A stretch of 64,000 bases of DNA from Saccostrea echinata (taxonomy: Eukaryota), in NCBI RefSeq assembly GCF_033153115.1, contig NW_026889786.1, positions 1,364,001 through 1,428,000 on the forward strand. Direction: 5' to 3'. Made by a program: the position numbers and the translations under genes. Shown here in pieces: positions 42,301-51,917 of this stretch. Within the stretch, counting starts at the first letter, position 1. Every line of letters begins with the position of its first letter. The notes beneath the pieces were generated by a model. It was not told the DNA's origin, made no database searches, and saw only the letters and a program-made list of their open reading frames with translations.

Positions 42301-45300
42301 GATTTTTGTTATTTACATCTATTTTGTTGGAGGGAAATTTGACTTGATACATCTTTGTCTACAGATATCTCTTATCAATGATGATCAAAGAGTGAAAGTC
42401 ATATTTAGGATGATGCCTAATCAAGTGAGAAACTTCTCAGAGGCTTTCAGAAGGTAATTGATATTGTAAAATACAGTATATATGTAGTCAGGATAAAAGT
42501 ATTGATGCAATGAAACTGAAATAATCCAAATTCTAACAAATAGTTGAAAATAATCTTTTCTTTCAGTAAACTGGAGAAAATCACAGGATACCATATTGTA
42601 GTGGACAAGATACAGACCCATGAGAATGCTCAGGGAAAGCCCGAGACTGATAAGTAGGAGTTTCTGCTTATGCTCCATTTAAATGAAACTTTTCATCAAT
42701 ATTTTATTAACCCAATGATTTAAACCATGCACTTAATGTTGTGATGAAAATATATTTGATGTTTCACTGCATTGTATATTTTCTCTTTATATAGAACTGA
42801 TATGTTCATACATGGAGAAATCCTAAAGCCATTCAGTATTGTTTCTGCTGCCGATCTATTGAGGTAAAGTCTAGTTTCTAAATTTGTTAACCATTATTTT
42901 TAATGGTTTTTTGGATGTTTCTGGAAAATATGTAACAGTCTATTTAAGGAATAAATATCTATTTTGGGGAGTTTCTGGGGATGATAAGTCAAATCCATTT
43001 ATATAATACATGTACATGTATTTAATGTTGCTTACATTAACTTATAATCCAGAAGGATCTCAAATACTGAAGTAGATGGTTGTGAATGTAAATATTTAAT
43101 TAGATGTATTTTTCTGTTTAAAGTAAAATTGATGGAGAAGCCTCAGCACTGGTGCCTGTTTTGAATGAATACAATATTCTACAAATTGTGGTAAGATACT
43201 AGAAAAAANNNNNNNNNNNNNNNNNNNNNNNNNNNNNNNNNNNNNNNNNNNNNNNNNNNNNNNNNNNNNNNNNNNNNNNNNNNNNNNNNNNNNNNNNNNN
43301 NNNNNNNNNNNNNNNNNNNNNNNNNNNNNNNNNNNNNNNNNNNNNNNNNNNNNNNNNNNNNNNNNNNNNNNNNNNNNAGTTATCTTCCTTACCTCTTTTT
43401 TTTTACCTATATATTTTTTTAATATTTAATGTTTTGTTTAAGTCTGCCATTCAACAAGAAGAGGAAAAAGATTCCAACAGATTGTTGGTCATGGGGCTGA
43501 TTCTACTAGGCATCATTTTAGGAATTCCCTGTATTGTCATGGCGATAGTTATATTCCTAATTACTAAATCGTAAGTATCAATTTATGTTTGTGTTTGATC
43601 ATCAGGCAGCAAATTTACATATAGATCCATCAGAGATCCAACAAATTTTTATCTTACATCCTCTTATTACAAGAATACAAATCAAGAGTTTGAGACATGA
43701 TTTTATGCCTCTCATATTTGTATATACCGTATATACTCACCTATAAGTCGGTTTTATGGGAGTTAAACTTTGGTCCAAAACTCTTTATCCGACTTATATG
43801 CAAGTTATAAGAAGATTAGTATTTTAGCAGGTCAATCCCTCTAATTTAAGCTTTAAAAATACAATGGACTTATAGGCGGACCGACTTATAGGCAAGTATA
43901 TACGGTATGCCATTTAATTGGTTAGCAAAATAAGTTCATATTGTATAATCTGCCATGCTTAAGTCACATTTAACTTCTGTCAGAAAAGTATCGATCCACT
44001 TGATGTTATACATTCAAATTTTGTACAATTTGTAGTCATTATTTCAGAGATTATCTAATTTTTTACACTTTATGACAGAATATTAAATCATAAGGAGTGA
44101 ATTTTATATCTGCACAATATTAATAACAGAACTGCTTTATATTGATTGACTTGTTTTATCAGGTATCAGAGGAAACTGAAAGCAGCCACAGCCATGGTAT
44201 ACGGTAAGTGTAAAGGTCTTCATAACATTCTCTGATGAACATTTACTGAAAATAATAATAATGCTTGGAAATAGTGTTGAAATTAAAAAGTAAACATAAA
44301 GAAATCAATTTATATTGAAGGTCAAGATAATGATATGCAAAAGAATCAACTTCCTGGTACAAACCTACATGCCTATGAGAAGTAAGTGATATTTCTGACC
44401 GACATAATTGTTTAATCTGTAGAGACGTTTCTCAGGTATGCACTGGTACCTACATGTTTTTAATAATTTACCTTCAGAAATCTAGAACTGCACTGAAAAT
44501 GAAGGTTGGTCTTTTGTTTTGTAGCAATGCTGTATTTGAGACCCAAACAAGATTTTAGGTTTGCTGATGTGAACCTTGCTTAGTTGTTGTGTGCATGTTT
44601 AATTTGTTTCATGCACCCTGAATGAAAAAAAAAAACAACAAAAATTTTTTTACCTCAAAATGTGAGCACTTCATCACCAGTCTGGCTATGTTAATATTCA
44701 TGTATGATGATTTTAACTCGTATAGCTCTTAATTTCCTGCATGTCTCGGTCAATGTTAAATATTCCTAAACAGATTTGAAAATTTTTAAAAGGATTTTAC
44801 ATTTTAGCCTTCAAAATTATTCCATTAGTGTTGCAGTTATTGTTGTCTCGTAATTTTCAGTTCTTCGTTTTGTAGATTATTTGTAATCATACTATTTTTT
44901 GACTGTGTCTGAAATCCACCTCTGTCTTCATGTTTCAGTGCCAATCCTATTTTCTTGGAGAAAGTATTATCACAAGAATCCCAAGACTTTGAGTAAGTCA
45001 ACTGTCAAAAGGTTTCTTATTGTACATGAACATTCATATCAAATCGACACTTTAGGAATATAAAGTTACATATATTAAATGAAGGGTTTTTATAAGTCTT
45101 CAGAATTTTATTTGATGTATGTGGAATAACCCAATTTTCACTGCACAATAATTTAGGGATTATTATACTACATGTTTGCCTCCATCATCCATTAAGATAG
45201 GGATTGTTTGCTATATATTTAAAAAAAAACTTACTCATAAGACCATTCCAAAATAAAGAAATGTTATTCCATTATAATGTACAATTTTTCAAAAGTTCAA

Positions 45301-45595
45301 AAGCATGCAAGGATTGTTGATGTCATTTGATTTTAATTTCAGAGACAATGATTCAGTTGATGACAATGCTGTAGATGCCGCTGTCCCACAGACTGTGGAT
45401 ACACAAGAAGTGTCCATGACATTTACATCAGACAGCAGTAAAGTTCCTCCTAGCTACTCAGAAGTAAAAACTATTGGGGCTGTGATTGGCACACAGGAAA
45501 ATAGCTTTGGTCACAAGAATCCACTTTTCTCAACATTCAATGGAGATACTCCAAGAACTCATCTCATTAATGGTCTCCAAGCTTCCGACATTTAA
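21726..45595 (+). CDS. Cad87A: Cadherin-87A / cadherin-23-family non-classical cadherin: signal peptide, ~14 EC repeats, membrane-adjacent domain, TM helix, cytoplasmic tail
   Basis: Exons: 21726-21795 (signal peptide MTRLKEMKSAALRLLLVLGFLCLG), 24572-24649, 25003-25175, 25889-25951, 28024-28113, 28518-28604, 28904-28915, 29288-29407, 29613-29738, 29988-30066, 30432-30550, 31056-31256, 31666-31827, 31937-32101, 32288-32352, 32486-32723, 33030-33260, 33743-34264, 34740-34884, 36925-37134, 39054-39373, 39702-40268, 40423-40605, 40771-41011, 41187-41551, 41772-42005, 42365-42453, 42567-42653, 42795-42863, 43124-43190, 43443-43570 (TM), 44163-44203, 44321-44381, 44939-44992, 45343-45595. Repeated DxNDNxPxF, LDRE/LDYE and AxDxD motifs. 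LINDDQRVKVIF...KLEKITG and YQRKLKAA...PGTNLHAYENANPIFL resemble CDH23/Cad87A. Family call is firm; exact orthology (Cad87A, Cad74A/88C or CDH23) is not. Confidence 0.9.
21977..23391 (+). mobile_element. Old Helentron-like element with a diverged ~170-bp array and a nested MITE
   Basis: 5' TTTTAAGATCACCTAAG...GTGACCT; recurring GAAAATCTTCTTTACTCATGG...CCAAAATTGTAAA units; 3' CTCAGGTGA...AAGGCACATGGGCATCTTG. A CAGTCAAACCTC MITE interrupts it at ~22749. Confidence 0.65.
26345..26760 (+). mobile_element. Helentron-like fragment with ~150-bp repeats
   Basis: TTTTTATGCTCCTGCC start, CTGTCTGTC microsatellite, repeated GACTTTT...GTGCTTGTAGATAA units near 26429 and 26584. Confidence 0.5.
28904..28915 (+). 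CDS. Candidate 12-nt microexon (PVAQ) of the cadherin gene
   Basis: aaatatttttcag|CCTGTAGCCCAG|gtaatc: pyrimidine-rich acceptor, CAG|GTAAT donor, phase 0-0, between the exon ending SYSME and the exon starting AADELY. Confidence 0.65.
34916..36149 (+). mobile_element. Helentron-type element carrying ~6 units of a ~166-bp Cg170/HindIII-like satellite
   Basis: TTTTAGCTCAAGTGAGCTTTTCTGATCAC, (CGTC) microsatellite, tandem AAAAATCTTCTTCTCAAGAACCACTGGGCCAGAAAAGCTGAAAC...CATGACCCC...GGGGCCACAATAG units, 3' CTCAGGTGAGCG...GGCTCATGGGCCTCTTGTT. Confidence 0.85.
36147..36863 (+). mobile_element. Second copy of the same family, joined head-to-tail
   Basis: TTAGCTCACCTGAGCTGAAAGCTCAAGTGAG begins at the terminal TT of the preceding element; ~3 satellite units; ends CAGGTGAGCAATGTGACC. 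Confidence 0.8.
37176..38106. mobile_element. Probable non-autonomous DNA transposon (~930 bp)
   Basis: Ends CATACATGTGTGATA ... TATCACATGTATG form an imperfect inverted repeat; the left part is CpG-rich relative to the host intron. Confidence 0.45.
43209..43377. other. Assembly gap (N run) inside a cadherin intron
   Basis: Run of N between exons 43124-43190 and 43443-43570, which join in frame. Confidence 0.99.
43727..43905. mobile_element. 179-bp TA-flanked MITE (Tc1/mariner-pogo-like)
   Basis: TA|CCGTATATACTCACCTATAAGTCGG ... CCGACTTATAGGCAAGTATATACGG|TA: 25-bp TIRs with 2 mismatches. Confidence 0.85.
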
Positions 45596-47572
45596 CGAGG
45601 CTTAAAGAGATCTGGGTGATTGCAGAATGTTCACCTATTCATTGTGATATTATAACTTATTTAAAGCATGGTGTGATATGACAAGGAATTTCTTGTCACA
45701 AGTGTTTCAAGTATTGTCAGAGTGAGAAATGATGCAGGTTATGTTTCTGTGACTTTTTTTTTGTTTTATAAGTGAATGTTTGTACACAGTTCTACAAGTG
45801 CTCTTGCAGCAACATGAAACTAGAATTACCTCATTTTTTTCACGATTGTTGTTCATGCAGAGTACATTTGACATTTTGTTAATCTAAATGGAGAATGTGA
45901 GAATCATTAAAATGTGCATATAGCCATATAAATATTTTGATTAAAATACTATTGGTTTTCTACATATTCTAATCCTTGCATTTATATTACCCTGATGCCA
46001 TATACATGTTGATGTTTAGGAACTTCGTTTTTTCTGAGATTGTATGAATTAATTAACTATTCCTACCTGTACAGAAGAAGCTTTACGAATTCCACACACA
46101 GTATTTTTCTACCCGTACATGCTCTTTTTTATCACTTGATGTTATATAGACATAATTTATTATGTATTATTCACAGCCTGCAGATACCAAATGTATTTGT
46201 GTGAAATTATTGTGCATGCAAATTCCAAGGACCATATAATTTTTATTTCCAGTTATTTTTAGGAGAGGTGGAAATACATGAACAGTATACCCAGTATATA
46301 TTCACAGTAATTATTTTGGGCAGAAGTGTGGTTTAATGGACACTTGTCAATTAACCTCTCAGAAAATGTATGAAATTATAAAATGACTGTCAAATGCAAG
46401 TTGGTGCAAAAACTAATGGCTTTGTATGGTAGTTGAATTCCATTGACAATCACTTTGAAAGTACTCACTACTCACAAAATGCATTCATAATTCATGTGCA
46501 TTTTTTATATTTTAGCTTTAGAGATTCAATATTTTGATATTAAAAATTTTTCACTGACATTGAACAGTTTTAGGGATCAATTTTAAGGTTGTGACAGCTG
46601 ATAATATTTGTAGAATTGAAAGTACCAAAGTAATAGAAAGCTAGTTGATGATATATATTTTTTAGAATGTATAGAGATAAGAAATTGTTGTCTGTGTGAA
46701 AAGATACTGTATATGTTGTCTATTTCTGAAGTGTTTAGCCAAGTTTTAGAGCTATAAAGTCCTATAACTCTTGCCAAAGAATTAAGTCCCAGCTTACAAA
46801 GTGCAATTAGTGAGTTGGATATGTGTAATTTCCATGCCTTTTTCCCCAGAGCAAAAGAAGCAAACATAAAGCTTGCCATATATATTTATATAATTTTAAG
46901 GTTGCATGCTGTGTAATTTTTTTTTTTAAATTTTGCATATGTGAAGGGGGGGGGGGGTCAATCAAATAGTTTAAGGTTCTGAAGACTGTCTCCAATTTCA
47001 TTTGATTTTACAGTCTTGTCTCTTTGTAAGTTGTATTGTACTTGTGTCTTTAATTGTCTTGTTTGTTTGTTTTTTTCAAATGGAATCAAAATGTGTTGCA
47101 AATTTATGTGTTATTTATTAAAATGCTAAGTATTTTTTGCATGATAGTTTTTATTAAAGACTGTCTGTGGAGTTGGGGGACTATGGTTTAACCTCTATCC
47201 ACTTGTCACTTTAGTTTTACTAAACTTTGAGATTTTTGTGAGATTTGGTACATTTCTAGGTAAATAAAAGTTTGGAGATGGATTTGTAGAGCAGATACTG
47301 ACCAGTTTTATATACATAATAGTCTTTATTGACTGAAAAAGAAAATTCTTTTCTACAGATTGAATTTTGGGATACGGTATTTCATCATGATTTGGTTCAC
47401 TTCTGAGCAAAGCAGAAATAAGATTTGAGTTTGTACTTTGCTGAATTTGACCAAGTTAGAACCCTTTTCAAGGAAAATAGAATGGAATTTTTTTTCAGAA
47501 TCTATTGAGATCATTGGAATTGCAATTGGTTTTGAAACTTTGATTACTGCTTACATTAAGGATAATTAAATA

Positions 47573-47773
47573 CTGTACGTGTACATAAATTGGTGTATTC
47601 AAAATTTAGCGCAATCACTGGGTATGGAGTTACTGGTGAAATCATGAATTAGCGCTATACATGTCCTTGCCGTATATTGTATTTATGATTTCTCAGCGGT
47701 ATTCATGAATTAGCGCAATGTCTGCGCCAAAGCCACTAAAATATGAAGCCCGGTTTTTAAAGTACATATACAG
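47573..47773. mobile_element. ~200-bp TA-flanked MITE
   Basis: TA|CTGTACGTGTAC ... GTACATATACAG|TA; internal repeated TCATGAATTAGCGC. Confidence 0.7.
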
Positions 47774-47832
47774 TATTAAATCTGTGATTTAAAACATATT
47801 TACAAATTTATCACAGAATAATTGAGAGGTTT

Positions 47833-48095
47833 TCTTTAGTCTATCTGACTGACTACCTGTGAGCTGTTTGACTGACTACCCGTCTTTCTCTAGTCTCTCT
47901 CTGACTGACTACCTGTCTTTCTCTAGTCTCTCTCTGTTTGACTGACTACATGTGATCTTTCTCTAATCTCTCTCTGTTTGACTGACTACCTGTGATCTTT
48001 CTCTAGTCTCTCTGTTTGACTGACTACCTGTCTTTCTCTAGTCTCTCTGTTTGACTGACTACCTGTGATCTTTACTGTGTGACTGTGATCTCTGA
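47833..48095. repeat. Minisatellite of ~7 variable 30-40-bp units
   Basis: Repeated CTGTTTGACTGACTACCTGT(GAT)CTTTCTCTAGTCTCT. Confidence 0.9.
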
Positions 48096-48312
48096 CTTCT
48101 CCACAGATGCACTCTAGCAAACATAACCATTTACTTCCTTAAGCATCAACATTTAAATTTTATCCCACAGAAGGCATGATAACTAGTAATATTGCAGTCT
48201 AAATTCTTGGTAATTCATATTTCAGCCTCTATAAATGCCTGTATGGGACGTACATTGTTTTTACTGAAAACAGTCCTATTTACTCCAATTTGAAAGTTAA
48301 TGTTACACTTAA

Positions 48313-48878
48313 AGGAACCTGGACACAGTTGCATTGTTTACATTTTAAATTTCTATGATTATTCAAAAAATAAGTTCAGTTTAATGAATTGATCTTACAT
48401 GAATATTCTTAGAATTCGATGACACCAACATTCTTCATAACATCACTTCAAACTCCTGTGTTTGTAAACGGGGCATGAGCTGTGTTATTGTTAGTGTTTA
48501 CGTTTTACCGGGTATGTTCAATTTGTTTAGTCTGCACACTTCACGGAGCACGGACTGACAATACTGGTGAGTTGGTTTTGCCTTCTCGCATTTCTATTCT
48601 GAACTTTCTGGATTATAGTTTTCGTACTTTTCATTAATACACAACAGAATGTGTACTTTTCTTCAGTACTATGGATAAAATTTACTTGGTGAAAGTGCAT
48701 GGATATGTGTCAATCAAACGCGTCCCGAAATTTGTAGTTTGAATAATTTCCAGACAAAAGAAGTTTTTAAACACACTTTTAATATATTGCGGTATGAAAT
48801 GCTCTAGCAACATACAAGTCAAGATATTACTTGGAAAATTTTAGAAAATATAAGCTTAAAATCTGTGTCCCAGCTTCT
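48313..48878. mobile_element. TTAA-flanked non-autonomous DNA transposon (Kolobok-like)
   Basis: TTAA|AGGAACCTGGACACAG ... CTGTGTCCCAGCTTCT|TTAA. Purine-purine termini with a TTAA TSD fit Kolobok rather than piggyBac. Confidence 0.75.
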
Positions 48879-49675
48879 TTAAGAAATATTACATGCCCAT
48901 ATCAAATGAACATCCATCAAAACTTTTTTGAAACTTGTGTAGTGGTTTTAGGTAATCCCTAAGCATGTGGCAAGGTATGTCACCATCGGTCACATGCAAG
49001 GGAGTTCAGCAGATAGCCTCTGTGGAGTGTATGCTACAGTTATGACTATTTCTAAGGCTCTATCCAAAACTGGTAGTGAAGGCTAAATCATCCATTCAGG
49101 TACATGTAAGCCATGCACAGCAGATATGACAAAAACTGCTAATCCTTGTGAAGAAGTTGTGAGAGTAAATAAGATGCAGATAAATTGTGTCTTATTTTGT
49201 GCTAGTCAAGGTTATGCAGCAGCACTTCTCAAAGAAAAAAAAATTATAAGTATGCTTAAAATATTTTATTTTTTGCATAAAAATATCAACAACTTTGATT
49301 TGCATAATGGATTTCCCATTAAATAACTTTTGACACATTGAATTATTGTACAAAAAATAAAAGCATGTGATACTTTATAACCATCACAGGCAGTCATCTT
49401 TGATAGTTAGACTGAGATCACAAGCCCCAATATTGTAGTACAAGAGACATGTATGTAAATATTTCCTAACCAACAATGAACATTCACTACAAAAAATCTT
49501 CAACCAGAGTAATAAATGCATGTTTCAAAATTGCTGAATCTGCAACAATATCCAGTAAAAAATACTTTATATATGTTGTGCAAGATTGAGAAATGTTATG
49601 GCATCTTTAATCACAGGCATAATGAGGATAAAAGGGTTATATATTTGGTCCTTATTAATTCCTTTTGTTAAAAAT

Positions 49676-51886
49676 TCACTTGTCTTCCATTGGACTTGAT
49701 TCCTTTGATCCATAATAGTCAGTAATTAATTTTGCACCATTGATGCCACGGACAGTTATTTTACTGGGTCTGACTAGCAGTCCATGATCGGGACGACAAG
49801 TAAAGTACCGCCTGTCATGTACACTGCCATCATTCTTTCCTTTTGCAGTTCTTAGTTCCACGCCCACCCATACGCCTTCACCAAACTCAGCTGGACCAAT
49901 GTATCTGACAACACCTGTTGGAAGAAATCTTTTATGTCTTAATGCATTGCAATACTTTCTACATTTAAGCTGTCTTTATGCTACTTGAAAGCTTCATAAG
50001 TCAGTATTTTAGAAAAATGCTTGTTGCTCCACATGCAAACAAAAGTCAAAGAGTACAGAGAGAACATTTTTAAAGATTTTTAAATTTAATGTGTGACATG
50101 GAAAATTTTCCTGCCCCCTTTTCCAAAAATTTTATATATCAGTACAGATAAGCATGGAAATAATCTAAAAATTTGAAAATGCAAGTAAATATATAAATGT
50201 AATCTGGCTTGCTTTCACCATTAGTGTAGTACATGTAGTATTTGAGGTTGAAAAGTGTATGATCAATGAAGGTGATAACTCAGACAGAAGAAATTCATTT
50301 CAAATTTAATTGCAATTCAATATTGCTAGACATTCAGTAGTCAAGAAGAAAATTTATACAGATGTGAGATATTTCCCTTTAATCATGATCAATTTGCCCT
50401 GTCAGGAGACTTGAGAACCTGAATCCATGGGAGAAAACACAATTTTTGGTAAAGTTTACAGTTCATTGTAACCATGTTTGGTATTTAGGAGTACAGAATT
50501 TTTTTTTAATACTTTAAGATTTTGATTCCACCCATAAGGCCCCACAGGATTCCACAGTAAGATCTACTTACCTAGTTCATTATTACAGAAGACACTCATT
50601 CCTACTTCTAGCTTAAAATCATTGGTGGATCCAGGAGTTCTTGAGATCCTTTGAGAATTACTAGTAGGTGTTCTGGCTGAACTCTGTCCCATACTTTTTG
50701 GCCTGAAATTCAAAGACAAAGAAATTCATGCATTTTTAACCTGAATTTATATTTTTGAACAAATTAGAGAAACATGTCATTATGAAAAGTAACCTAGATA
50801 TTGCTGAAAGGTACCAATTTAAAAAGGAAACTGAAATAAAAAACAATCTTCAAAAAAAGGTAATTATGAAGAATTCTGTTTTTACATTGGGCTACATTCT
50901 TTTGTCAAGAATTTCGAAAACCCTTGTGACGGTACATATTGTCGTTTTGTACATATTGTCGTCGGCGACAATATGTACCTACCCTCACTGCACATATTGT
51001 CGTCCATCGGTACATATTGTCGCTGGCTGAAAAGTTACACTTGTACATATTGTCGCTGGCGACATTATGTGCCTCACCCTCACTGTACAAATTGTCGCCC
51101 CACAGATATTGTTCTCTAAAGATTTCTTTTGTTGGGTTTTGGTAGTTTTGTGAATGTAACTGGTGTGTGAATCACACTGACGTGTCTCGTATGTTATTTC
51201 ATGCAGCGTGATTGTGACGGTACATTTTGTCTTCCTGTTCATATTGTCGCCGGCGACAATGTGTACCTACCCTCACTGCGCAAATTGTCGTCTTATCACA
51301 ACATGTTGCAAAACAATGCACGGCAATGCTCTATATTAATATGACTAATCATTGCTTTGCTGTTTTTGAGAAGATAATTTTTAAAGAATTTTCCCTTTAT
51401 TCCTATGTAAAATTTTGATCGCCCATTCTGGCCCCACCCTAGGCCCGGTTTGATTTAAAGATACTTGAGTCTGCGCTACCTGAGGATGCTTCCATTTAAA
51501 CATTGCTAATCACGGGCCTACTGCTGTTCCTCAGTGGTGGATCAAGAAATTTCATAATGGTGCCTATACTTGGCACTCAGGGTCATAGAGCAGAAAGGGA
51601 TCTTTTTCGTGCCACCTAGCACATCAAAATTGAACGTACGCTATGTATTAAAGCTTTCAAATAAGTATCATCTCTTCTGACCCAGTAGTTCTTGAAAAAA
51701 AAAAAAAATAAAAGAATTTTTTTTCTAAATATTCTATGAAAAACTTTGATCACCTTTTGTAGCCACATCCTTCCCCCGATTGACATGATCTGAATAAAAC
51801 TGAATCTACACTTCATAATGAAGCTTTCACATAAGCTTCAACTTTACTGACACAGTGTTCTTACTTACTTCCCTTGAAGGAGGGCT

Positions 51887-51917
<31 letters not shown>

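Noticed and set aside
43209-43377. Missing cadherin exon in the N gap
   Set aside because: Flanking exons join in frame and give a continuous membrane-adjacent domain to TM; a hidden exon is not needed, though not excluded.
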